Positions 38,927-47,411 of a stretch of 63,636 nucleotides of DNA are shown here, in pieces. This DNA is from Candidatus Omnitrophota bacterium (GTDB lineage Bacteria; Omnitrophota; Gorgyraeia; Tantalellales; Tantalellaceae). The position numbers were made by a program, and so were the translations under genes. The stretch spans positions 1 through 63,636 of the forward strand of contig JBAYES010000005.1 in assembly GCA_041667545.1 (NCBI GenBank). Direction: 5' to 3'. The first letter of the stretch is position 1; each line of letters opens with the position of its first letter. Under the pieces are notes generated by a model. That model worked only from the letters and a program-made list of their open reading frames with translations. It had not been told where the DNA came from and made no database searches.

Positions 38927-40405
38927 GTGAAGTATATACTTGCTATAGATCAGGGGACTACGGGGTCGAGGGCTGTTGTTTATGATAAGAACGGCAGGGA
39001 AATAGCGAGCCACTATAATGAGTTCAAACAGTATTTTCCGCGTCCGGGATGGGTAGAGCATGACGCGGAGGAGATCTGGGAAAGTGTCAATAAAAGTGTT
39101 CAGAAAGTTCTTGTAAAGGTCCCCGCGAAAAAGATAGAGGCCATAGGAATAACCAATCAGAGAGAAACGGTCGTTGTTTGGGACAGGCGCGGCGGAAGGC
39201 CCGTAACTAAGGCAATAGTGTGGCAATGCAGAAGGACCGCGGAAAAATGTAACATGCTTAAACGGAACAAAAAGGTTTGCGGCGATATTTTACAAAAAAC
39301 AGGTCTTCCCGTTGACGCCTATTTTTCGGCAAGCAAAATAGAATGGATACTTACTTCGTCATCCGCAATATCCCAAAGGGCCCGGAGCGGGGATATTGTT
39401 TTCGGAACGATAGACTCATGGCTTCTATGGAAATTGACGGGAGGAAAGGTTCATGCCACAGACCATACAAATGCCTCAAGGACAATGCTTTTCAACATAA
39501 ACACAAAAAAGTGGGATGACGGACTTTTTCGTGTTTTTAACGTGCCTCGCGCGATGGCTCCGGAGGTCCGGGAGTCTTCAGGTCTCTTCGGGGCAACAGT
39601 AAGGTTGAACGGCCTTCCCGCCGGGATACCTATTACAGGTATAGCCGGTGACCAGCAGTCGGCCCTTTTTGGGCAGGCTTGTTTCGATAAAGGCGGAATA
39701 AAGAACACTTACGGGACGGGCTGTTTTATTCTGCTTAATTCGGGAAAAAATAAACCGGCAGGCAAAGACGGGTTGATAACAACTTTGGGATGCGGGCCAA
39801 AGGGCCGGGCTGTGTACGTGCTGGAAGGGTCCATTTTTATAGCGGGGGCCGCCGTACAGTGGCTAAGGGATTCTCTCGGCGTCCTTTCCTCTTCTGAAGA
39901 GTCCCGAGACATGTCTGAAAAAGTGAAAGATAACGGAGGGGTGTATTTTGTCCCGGCGCTTGCGGGGCTTGGAGCGCCTCATTGGAAAAGTGACGCCAGG
40001 GGCCTAATAACCGGGATAACCCGGGGAACAAAACGGGAACATATTGTAAGAGCCGCTCTGGAGGCGATGTGCTATCAGACTAAAGACGTGCTGGATGTTA
40101 TGCAAAAAGGATCCGGATGTAAGGTCAAATCCCTTAAAATAGACGGGGGGGCTTCCAAAAACGATTTTTTATGCCAGTTCCAGTCTGATATACTCGGCAT
40201 TGACGTTGTGAGGCCGAAAGTAACAGAGACCACTTCTCTGGGGGCGGCTTATCTTGCAGGTCTCGGGACAGGTTACTGGAAAGGCGTGGAAGATATAAGA
40301 AAATGCTGGCGCGCGGACAGGACCTTCACCCCGATGATGACGAAAAGGAAAAGAAAAACTCTTATCGCGGAATGGGACAAAGCCGTTAAAAGAACCATAG
40401 TCTGA
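38927..40405 (+). CDS. glpK: Glycerol kinase
   Basis: GTG start. ILAIDQGTTGSR, GITNQRET, GDQQSALFGQ and DGGAS motifs. Confidence 0.9.
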   Translation: MKYILAIDQGTTGSRAVVYDKNGREIASHYNEFKQYFPRPGWVEHDAEEIWESVNKSVQKVLVKVPAKKIEAIGITNQRETVVVWDRRGGRPVTKAIVWQCRRTAEKCNMLKRNKKVCGDILQKTGLPVDAYFSASKIEWILTSSSAISQRARSGDIVFGTIDSWLLWKLTGGKVHATDHTNASRTMLFNINTKKWDDGLFRVFNVPRAMAPEVRESSGLFGATVRLNGLPAGIPITGIAGDQQSALFGQACFDKGGIKNTYGTGCFILLNSGKNKPAGKDGLITTLGCGPKGRAVYVLEGSIFIAGAAVQWLRDSLGVLSSSEESRDMSEKVKDNGGVYFVPALAGLGAPHWKSDARGLITGITRGTKREHIVRAALEAMCYQTKDVLDVMQKGSGCKVKSLKIDGGASKNDFLCQFQSDILGIDVVRPKVTETTSLGAAYLAGLGTGYWKGVEDIRKCWRADRTFTPMMTKRKRKTLIAEWDKAVKRTIV

Positions 40406-40427
40406 TGTTTATAAGAACGGAAGAAGC

Positions 40428-41855
40428 ATGGAATATGATGTAATTATCGTGGGCGCCGGTGTTACGGGCTGCGCGATCGCCAGGGAGATCTCAAAATACG
40501 ATATCTCGGCGGCCGTTCTTGAAAAAGAAGAAGAACCGGCTTTCGGAGTGTCGAAATCCAATAGCGGGATAATACATCCCGGAACTCAAAACCCGCCCGG
40601 ATCTCTTAAGGGAAAACTTTGTGTCCGAGGAAACGCCTTGATGCGAAAACTCTGCCGGGAACTCGGGGTGGACCTGAAGAGAACGGGCGAACTCATAGTC
40701 GCTTTCAACGATGAAGAAATTGAGGAACTCAGGAAGATCAGAAGCGAAGCCAGGTCTATAGGAGTGCCGGGTCTTAAGATCGTGGGAAGAAAATGGCTCA
40801 GAAAAAGAGAACCCAACCTGAATGAAACCGTAATAGCCGCGCTTTACGCCCCCACAGCCTGCATAATAAGCCCTTACCGCCTTGTATACGGCCTTGCCGA
40901 AAATGCCGTTCGGAACGGAGTGGAAATATTTCTGGATGCAGCGGTAACGGATATAAAGAAAGACCCCTCTTCGGGAAAATTTCTGGTATCGTCAGAGAAA
41001 GGAAAGTTCAAAGCCCGATATGTAGTGAACGCGGCCGGACTGTTTGCCGATGAGGTGTCGGCGATGGCGGGAATAAAAAGTTTTAAGATACACCCGCGAA
41101 AAGGGGAAGAGTTCCTTCTCGACAAGAAAAAAGAGTACATAACACGGCACCTTATATTTCCCCTTCCCTCGGAAAAGTCTAAAGGGGTTCTTGTTATAAA
41201 AACGTCGGACGGCAACCCGATGATAGGACCGACGGCGGAAGACACGGAAGACAAGGGCGATCTTGCAACTACCAAAGAAGGGCTTGAAAAGGTCGTTTCG
41301 TCTGTCAGGAAAATGGTTAAGGCGATAGAACCCTCTGACATAATAGCGTATTTTGCGGGCCTCAGGCCGGTAGCGGGGAAAGATTTCATAATCCGGTATG
41401 AGGACAGGGCGCCGGGTTTTATAAATGTTGCCGGCATACAATCTCCGGGACTCACCGCGGCTCCGGCCATAGCCGAAACGGTCACGGAAATACTCGCGAA
41501 GAACGGCCTCGAGCTTGAAAAGAAAAAAAGGTTTTACGCTAAGAGAAAAAGAACAAAACATCTTTTTGATATGTCGGCGCGAGAGATGAAGAAAGCTCTG
41601 AAAGAAGACCCGGGATACGGGGACATAGTTTGCAGATGCGAGACGGTGTCACGAAAAGAAATATCCGACGCGATATCGAGAGGCGCCAAAACACTGGACG
41701 GTGTTAAATTCAGGACAAGGGCGCAAGCGGGAAGATGTCATGGCAGTTTCTGCACATCCCGTATACTTCGGATACTTGCCGAGGAAAGATCGGTACCTTT
41801 TACGGAAATAACGAAAAGGGGGAAAGGGTCGGAGATAATAAAGGAAGAAAGGTGA
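40428..41855 (+). CDS. FAD-dependent glycerol-3-phosphate dehydrogenase/oxidase-like subunit with a BFD-like [2Fe-2S] domain
   Basis: VIIVGAGVTGCAIA dinucleotide fold, with a C-terminal CRCE...C..SFC cysteine cluster. Directly follows glpK. Confidence 0.75.
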   Translation: MEYDVIIVGAGVTGCAIAREISKYDISAAVLEKEEEPAFGVSKSNSGIIHPGTQNPPGSLKGKLCVRGNALMRKLCRELGVDLKRTGELIVAFNDEEIEELRKIRSEARSIGVPGLKIVGRKWLRKREPNLNETVIAALYAPTACIISPYRLVYGLAENAVRNGVEIFLDAAVTDIKKDPSSGKFLVSSEKGKFKARYVVNAAGLFADEVSAMAGIKSFKIHPRKGEEFLLDKKKEYITRHLIFPLPSEKSKGVLVIKTSDGNPMIGPTAEDTEDKGDLATTKEGLEKVVSSVRKMVKAIEPSDIIAYFAGLRPVAGKDFIIRYEDRAPGFINVAGIQSPGLTAAPAIAETVTEILAKNGLELEKKKRFYAKRKRTKHLFDMSAREMKKALKEDPGYGDIVCRCETVSRKEISDAISRGAKTLDGVKFRTRAQAGRCHGSFCTSRILRILAEERSVPFTEITKRGKGSEIIKEER

Positions 41856-41856
41856 A

Positions 41857-42834
41857 ATGGAGAAGCGAGAGATAGTTATAGTGGGCGGAGGTCCCGCCGG
41901 GATGGCCGCGGCGGTGTCGGCCCGGGAAGCCGGGGCTGAGGATGTTATTATCCTTGAGCGGGACAGGTTCCTGGGGGGAATACTTAATCAATGCGTGCAT
42001 ACGGGGTTCGGCATAGAATATTTTAAAGAGGTCCTAACCGGGCCGGAATACGCGGAGAGATTCGAAAAAAAGGTCAGGAAAGATCCTGGAATAGATATTG
42101 CGCTGAGGTCTTTTGTGACAAAACTTACGAAAGAAAAAAGAATGACCGTGATATCTCCCGGTAGAGCAAGAGAGATCTCCGCTAAAGCCGTGGTAATGGC
42201 GACAGGCTGCCGGGAAAGAACAAGAGAAATGGCTCATGTTCCGGGAACGAGGCCGGCGGGAGTTCTCTCAGCCGGGCTTGCTCAGAAGCTGATAAATGTC
42301 GATGGCTTTTTGCCGGGGAAAGAAGTTGTTATTGTGGGCTCGGGTGATATAGGGCTTATAATGGCAAGGAGGTTCACTCTTGAGGGAGCAAAAGTGAAAG
42401 CTATTATAGAGATGAACGCGGCGGTAACGGGACTTATCCGCAACGTTGTTCAATGCGCCGAAGATTTCGAGGTGCCGATATTTCTTGGGCACAGGGTGCT
42501 TGAAATCAGAGGAAAGAACAGGGTTGAAGCGGTGATCTCCGGAAAGGTTGATGCTGCCGGGAACTGTATGCTCGGAACAAAGATAGAGATGCCCTGTGAC
42601 ACGGCTCTTTTTTCGGTGGGGCTTATCCCGGAAAACGAGCTTATAGAGATGGCGGGTGTAATGATGGATAAAAAGTCAAATACGCCCGTATCATCAGAAA
42701 TAAACAAAACTACCGTTCCGGGTATATTCGTATGCGGGAACTCTTACAGGATATATGATATTGTTGACGATGTAACTAAAGATGCTGAAATAGCGGGGAG
42801 ACAGGCAGCAGAGTACGCCCGGAGAAAAAAATGA
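41857..42834 (+). CDS. NAD(P)/FAD-dependent oxidoreductase (second subunit of the glycerol-3-P dehydrogenase-type trio)
   Basis: VIVGGGPAGMAAA and VVIVGSGDIGL double Rossmann motifs, with a 1-nt intergenic gap. Confidence 0.7.
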   Translation: MEKREIVIVGGGPAGMAAAVSAREAGAEDVIILERDRFLGGILNQCVHTGFGIEYFKEVLTGPEYAERFEKKVRKDPGIDIALRSFVTKLTKEKRMTVISPGRAREISAKAVVMATGCRERTREMAHVPGTRPAGVLSAGLAQKLINVDGFLPGKEVVIVGSGDIGLIMARRFTLEGAKVKAIIEMNAAVTGLIRNVVQCAEDFEVPIFLGHRVLEIRGKNRVEAVISGKVDAAGNCMLGTKIEMPCDTALFSVGLIPENELIEMAGVMMDKKSNTPVSSEINKTTVPGIFVCGNSYRIYDIVDDVTKDAEIAGRQAAEYARRKK

Positions 42835-43196
42835 AAAAACAGATCACATGTATTGAATGTCCCGCCGGGTGCCTGCTTGAAGTGAATTTTCAAGAAGGCG
42901 GAATGGAGATTAAGGGTAACAAATGTGAAAAAGGATATGCCTACGCGCAAAAGGAAATGACTTCACCTGAACGGTTCCTGACGTCTACCGTGGCCGCCGC
43001 GGGGCTTGAAATGAAAAGGATACCCGTAAGAACGGATAAGCCCGTGCCTAAAGCAAAGATAACGGACATAATGGAGGTTGTAAGAAGAAAGAGGATAGAG
43101 AGACCCGTAAAGGCGGGGGATGTTCTTGTGGCCAACGTGCTTGGGCTCGGAGCGGATATTGTGGCAACAAGAAGCGTTAACTTGAAAGCGGGCTAA
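42831..43196 (+). CDS. DUF1667-domain protein
   Basis: ITCIECPAGC...KGNKCEKG N-terminal Cys pattern. ATGA overlap with the preceding oxidoreductase. Completes the trio known from Firmicutes/Thermotogae glycerol loci. Confidence 0.65.
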   Translation: MKKQITCIECPAGCLLEVNFQEGGMEIKGNKCEKGYAYAQKEMTSPERFLTSTVAAAGLEMKRIPVRTDKPVPKAKITDIMEVVRRKRIERPVKAGDVLVANVLGLGADIVATRSVNLKAG

Positions 43197-43297
43197 CCCA
43201 AGGTTTGACTTGAAATATATCGGAGTTGAAGAGTATAATGGCGGGAGTCGGTTGAAAGAGAACTGTCTTTATAGAAAAATAAATTCAAGGAGGAGTA

Positions 43298-43651
43298 ATG
43301 AGAAAAATTATCGGGAGCGCAGTGTTGCTGGCAGCGGCGTGTATGTTCATTGCCGGTTGCGGTAATACCGCAAGCGAAACAAAACCTATCGCAGAAGTTC
43401 AGAGCGAAGCCAAGACAATGACGGGTCCTCAACTTGAAAAAATGGTCAATACATACAAGGCCGCGTTAGAGACCAAAGAGGTTCAGCTGAAAGCCCTTCA
43501 GGAAAAGATCAAGAAAATACCGGTAACACAGCTTCTGGGTGATGAGGCGAGAGCGATAAAAGAAGATGTCTCCAAGCTCGCGGGATCTGCGCAAGCTTTG
43601 ACGGAGAGAATGAACATATATCTGAGAGAATTGCAGGCTAAGCAAAAGTGA
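43298..43651 (+). CDS. Small coiled-coil lipoprotein
   Basis: Lipobox MFIAGC, RBS AAGGAGGAG. No family recognised. Confidence 0.55.
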   Translation: MRKIIGSAVLLAAACMFIAGCGNTASETKPIAEVQSEAKTMTGPQLEKMVNTYKAALETKEVQLKALQEKIKKIPVTQLLGDEARAIKEDVSKLAGSAQALTERMNIYLRELQAKQK

Positions 43652-43754
43652 CGATACCGGTGAATGGGACTGAGACCAGAAAACCACGTTTCGCGTGAGT
43701 TGGAGGGGCTTGGTCCCTGAACTTGAGTTCGGCGCGAAAGACGGGAGAAGGTAA

Positions 43755-44237
43755 ATGGAAGGGAAGTATACAGCCAAAGACATAATTGAAATGGCCGTAA
43801 AGGCCAAAGAAAAGGGAGCGGAATTATATCTGGCTCTTGCCCGGAATAGCGAGAATTTTCATGTTGGGCAGTTTTTTACGGAGCTTGCTAAGGATGAGCA
43901 CAGACATAAGATGCAGATAGAAAAATGGCTGGAAAGCTTAAGCCCGGAAAAACGCGAGGAGGCATATCCCGGAGAGAGATCCATGTACCTTAAGGCGATG
44001 GTAGATGACAATACCTTCAGATGCGACATGCTTAAAAAGCAAGCCCTTCAAAAGACCATCAGCGAAGAGACGGCTCTTGCCGCCGGGATAACTTTCGAAA
44101 AAGATTTTATGCTGTTTTTGCATGACCTTAAAAGAAATGTTCCCGAAAAAGATCAGGTTGTGGTAGAGAAGCTCATAGATGAAGAAATATGCCATCTCAA
44201 GGAAATGTTCGTTCTGTCCGAGAAAATCAAACGCTGA
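43755..44237 (+). CDS. Ferritin-like / rubrerythrin-family diiron protein
   Basis: Two E-x-x-H motifs (AKDEHRH and DEEICH) in a four-helix-bundle-sized protein. Confidence 0.6.
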   Translation: MEGKYTAKDIIEMAVKAKEKGAELYLALARNSENFHVGQFFTELAKDEHRHKMQIEKWLESLSPEKREEAYPGERSMYLKAMVDDNTFRCDMLKKQALQKTISEETALAAGITFEKDFMLFLHDLKRNVPEKDQVVVEKLIDEEICHLKEMFVLSEKIKR

Positions 44238-44256
44238 ACAGCTTTTCATCTGAACG

Positions 44257-44411
44257 GTAACATTTCAGTTATTCTCGGAAATGTAGAGTCTTCACGCTCT
44301 TCGTCAATAATCATCGAAATAAATTAATTTATTGAGATCACTTCGTCGTCCCCTTCGGGGGCTCCTCGTGACGACGGTGCAGGGTTCTATTGCAGATAAC
44401 TGAAATGTTAC
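44257..44411. mobile_element. Type-A MITE-like element, short variant, with an 8-bp target-site duplication
   Basis: GTAACATTTCAGTT / AACTGAAATGTTAC termini. Perfect TCTGAACG at 44249-44256 and 44412-44419. Confidence 0.85.
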
Positions 44412-44435
44412 TCTGAACGCGTATTATATGCCGGT

Positions 44436-45101
44436 TCAGGTCTGCAGTTCTACCGGAAGCATTTTTATTACGGAGTTGATAATAAAGATCTTTTCGGCCG
44501 ACAGAATATCGGCTTTACGGAGAGTTTGTTCTTTTAAGGGGATCTTTTGCGAGCGTAAAAGAGATCCGCGGTAAGTGCCCGGAAGAATTCCGGAAGAAAG
44601 AGGCGGTGTCATATAGACATCGCCTCTTTTTATTATAATGTTAGAGATGGCGCCCTCCGTTATTTCCCCTTCCGTATTCATAAAGAGAGCGTCAAAATAC
44701 CCGTTTTTGCGGCAGGAGGAGAATTCTTTATCGTAAAGTTCCCTGTTCGTCGTTTTGTGCGAAAGAAAAATATCGTTTTTATCTGTCGCTTTCCCGGAGA
44801 ATATTACTCGCGCCGAAATATCGGTAGGGGGAGGAAGAAGAGAAGAAGACACGTTGCATTCACCCTCATTATTCACAAGAAGCCGGAGCCGGTATTTATT
44901 TTCCGAGATAAACTTTTTCGCGTGATCTATCATGGAGAACGCTACAGAGGACAGATCTAACGGAAAAGAAAAGAACCGCGCGCTTTTCTCCAGCCGGGAA
45001 AGGTGGTCTTCAAAAAGAAAAAATTCACCGTTTTCCCAAAGGATGGTCTCCAGAAGGGAGAACTCTTTGGTTTGCCCGGGATGGTATGGGTTTTTGTTCA
45101 T
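44436..45101 (-). CDS. Class-IV aminotransferase fold protein, aminodeoxychorismate lyase (PabC)-like
   Basis: 221 aa. The C-terminal ILPGTYRG...IFIINSV pattern resembles PabC/IlvE-fold enzymes. 4-nt overlap with the upstream DAHP synthase gene. Confidence 0.55.
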   Translation of the reverse strand: MNKNPYHPGQTKEFSLLETILWENGEFFLFEDHLSRLEKSARFFSFPLDLSSVAFSMIDHAKKFISENKYRLRLLVNNEGECNVSSSLLPPPTDISARVIFSGKATDKNDIFLSHKTTNRELYDKEFSSCRKNGYFDALFMNTEGEITEGAISNIIIKRGDVYMTPPLSSGILPGTYRGSLLRSQKIPLKEQTLRKADILSAEKIFIINSVIKMLPVELQT

Positions 45102-46135
45102 TGTTTAGACAGGATCTCGGCAATATCAAGAACAAGTTTTTCCGAAACTTCCCAACCTATACAGGGATCTGTTATGGACTTTCCAAAAACACCGGCACCG
45201 ATCTTTTGGGAGCCCTCCTCAAGGTAACTTTCCACCATGAGGCCTTTTATCATTTTTCTGAGGATCCCGGATCTGTAACGGCTATGCAGGATCTCCATGG
45301 CGATACGGGGCTGTTCCTCATATTTTTTATCGGAATTGGCGTGATTGGTATCGACAATGACTGCCGGATTTTGCAATCCGGTCTCTTCGTATATCCCGGC
45401 AAGGATGATCAATTCTTCGTAATGATAATTCGGGATGCTCCTCCCGTAATGGTCGGTCGACCCTCTTATGATGGCGTGGCAAAGGGGATTGCCGGACGTT
45501 TTTACGGCCCAGCGATTGTAGGAAAAAACATGCGGCGCCTGGGCGGCCTGAATTGAGTTGAACATGACGGTAAGGTTCCCGCTTGTGGGGTTCTTCATTC
45601 CCGCGGGGACGTCAAGTCCGCTTATGGTGAGACGATGCTGCTGGTTCTCTACGGATCGCGCGCCTATCGCTACGTAGCTTAAAAGGTCGGCAAGGTACGG
45701 ATAGTTCTCGGGGTAAAGCATTTCATCGGCGGAAGAGAGCCCGGTTTCCTTAAGCGATCTTATATGAAGCCGGCGTATTGCTTTTAATCCTTTTACCATA
45801 TCGGGTTTTTCCTCAGGGTTGGGTTGATGCGCCATTCCTTTGTACCCCGAGCCCGTCGTGCGGGGTTTATTTGTGTAGATGCGGGGGATAAGGAGAACCT
45901 TGTCCTCTACCTTGTCCTGCAGTTTTCTAAGCCGGAGAGTGTATTCACAGACCGAATCTTCGTTGTCGGCCGAGCACGGCCCCATTACAAGGATGAATTT
46001 GTCGCTCGTGCCCTCAAAGACCGATCGTATCATCCCATCCCGGGTGCTTTTGACTTTTTTCAGTTCCTCCGAAATGGGCATTTCTTCAATGATCTCTTTC
46101 GCGCTTGGGATCTCCTGTATGTATTCAAAACTCAT
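45098..46135 (-). CDS. aroG: 3-deoxy-7-phosphoheptulonate (DAHP) synthase, class I
   Basis: 345 aa. GPCS...E, RIYTNKPRT, KGMAHQ and DTNHANS are conserved AroF/G/H motifs. The isozyme is not resolvable. Confidence 0.8.
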   Translation of the reverse strand: MSFEYIQEIPSAKEIIEEMPISEELKKVKSTRDGMIRSVFEGTSDKFILVMGPCSADNEDSVCEYTLRLRKLQDKVEDKVLLIPRIYTNKPRTTGSGYKGMAHQPNPEEKPDMVKGLKAIRRLHIRSLKETGLSSADEMLYPENYPYLADLLSYVAIGARSVENQQHRLTISGLDVPAGMKNPTSGNLTVMFNSIQAAQAPHVFSYNRWAVKTSGNPLCHAIIRGSTDHYGRSIPNYHYEELIILAGIYEETGLQNPAVIVDTNHANSDKKYEEQPRIAMEILHSRYRSGILRKMIKGLMVESYLEEGSQKIGAGVFGKSITDPCIGWEVSEKLVLDIAEILSKQ

Positions 46136-46207
46136 GATCCATCCTTTTTTGATTTTAGTTATTATATGCTAAAGACCATCTATTTATAGGCCAAGTTATA
46201 GATCAAG

Positions 46208-46978
46208 TCAATACGAAAGCATGTGCCTGAAGGCATCGGGCTCGATCCTTATATCTCCCGTAAAAGGCGAGTCCAGGCACAAGATCGTGTAAAGTATAAG
46301 GGATATCAATATCGCGAGCAGAGATGTCATGACCATAAGGGACGAAAGATTAGCGGAACCGAAAAAGAAAGTGAACGATATGGTCGTTATCCCCCCGAAG
46401 ATCAGCACTGTCCATAGAAGAAGAGGGATATTTTGCCGTGACTCGAATATTCTCGCTCTCATGGTTTCTCCCAGAAGCCCTATTTTTTTAACGGATTCGC
46501 TGAAAAATATCTCTTCTTTAGTGTTTTGAGGGGTATATCCGGCAAAAAGAGAAGATAGTTTTCTAAGAGCTTCTTTAGCTTCGGGGCTTTCTTTGCCTTC
46601 TGCCAGCAATTCCCAGTCCGCTATTACAATGTCGGCATATTTTTGAGAAGCCGCGCGTATTCTGCCCCCGAAGCCTTCCTCAAAAGCGTAAGATTTTTTT
46701 ATAAGGCTTGCGATATAATTCGCTTCCTTTTCCACCGAAAGCCCGGCACGCTCGAAATTCTGCCATGCTACCACGACCATAAAAGCCAGAAGTACGGCAT
46801 AGGAAACTCCCAGGGTCTGAAAAATGGCCCCGGCAATATCATTGTGGTGTTTGAGGTGATGATCGGAAACGAACCGGCGTACCAGCAACAGTCCGGAGAT
46901 AGAAAGGATGACGGCGAGACCGACTACGATAAGGCCCATGCCGAAAAAAGGAAGTTCACGCAGTGTTCCGTAGAGCAT
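46208..46978 (-). CDS. DUF4239-like membrane protein
   Basis: 256 aa with TM segments at both ends and a soluble middle. The family call is from memory. Confidence 0.45.
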   Translation of the reverse strand: MLYGTLRELPFFGMGLIVVGLAVILSISGLLLVRRFVSDHHLKHHNDIAGAIFQTLGVSYAVLLAFMVVVAWQNFERAGLSVEKEANYIASLIKKSYAFEEGFGGRIRAASQKYADIVIADWELLAEGKESPEAKEALRKLSSLFAGYTPQNTKEEIFFSESVKKIGLLGETMRARIFESRQNIPLLLWTVLIFGGITTISFTFFFGSANLSSLMVMTSLLAILISLILYTILCLDSPFTGDIRIEPDAFRHMLSY

Positions 46979-47096
46979 TTTGTATTCCTCCGTGGGTTCG
47001 AAAAAATGATCGGACTACGTAAGTAAGGTCAGGATCTATGTTGTCAATTCCTGCGAAGCCCTGCCACTCGTCAACAGATCAAAGGGCGAAGCAGGA

Positions 47097-47126
47097 TGCC
47101 GTGCCCGGGAAGTGATGTTAGAACCC
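47097..47126. repeat. tRNA-Arg 3-prime-end-like repeat, copy D
   Basis: TGCCGTGCCCGGGAAGTGATGTTAGAACCC compares with TGGCGTGCCTGGGTAAGTACGGTTAGAACC at 49437-49466. Confidence 0.55.
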
Positions 47127-47238
47127 AGTAAGGCTTCAAAGCTCCATAATTATACAACAATTCAAGTAAGACTTGAAGTTCTTATTCACTGTTAGATCGT
47201 CGAGGTCCGAAGATCTTTTTATCGCCTGCGAAGTCCCG

Positions 47239-47270
47239 GGGCGCGCCTTTTTAAGTAAAGTTAGAAAGCC
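47239..47270. repeat. Weaker copy of the same repeat (copy C)
   Basis: GGGCGCGCCTTTTTAAGTAAAGTTAGAAAGCC. It is preceded by CCTGCGAAGTCCC, which also precedes copy D (CCTGCGAAGCCCT at 47050). Confidence 0.4.
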
Positions 47271-47310
47271 CCCATAGATAGTGGTATAATGCCTCATATG
47301 ACGTCCTGTT

Positions 47311-47384
47311 TAGAGTTCTGCGAAAGGAACTTTTATTCCGCCGTTCCTCGCAAAGACGTGAAATAGCTATTTTGCAGAACTCTA
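47311..47384. mobile_element. Minimal (74-bp) type-B MITE-like element in the leader of the GNAT-deacetylase gene
   Basis: TAGAGTTCTGCGAAA...TATTTTGCAGAACTCTA with a short core. Flanks are ACGTCCTGTT and ACGCCTTGTT (imperfect duplication). Confidence 0.75.
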
Positions 47385-47411
47385 CGCCTTGTTAAGAAGG
47401 AGGGAAATTCG

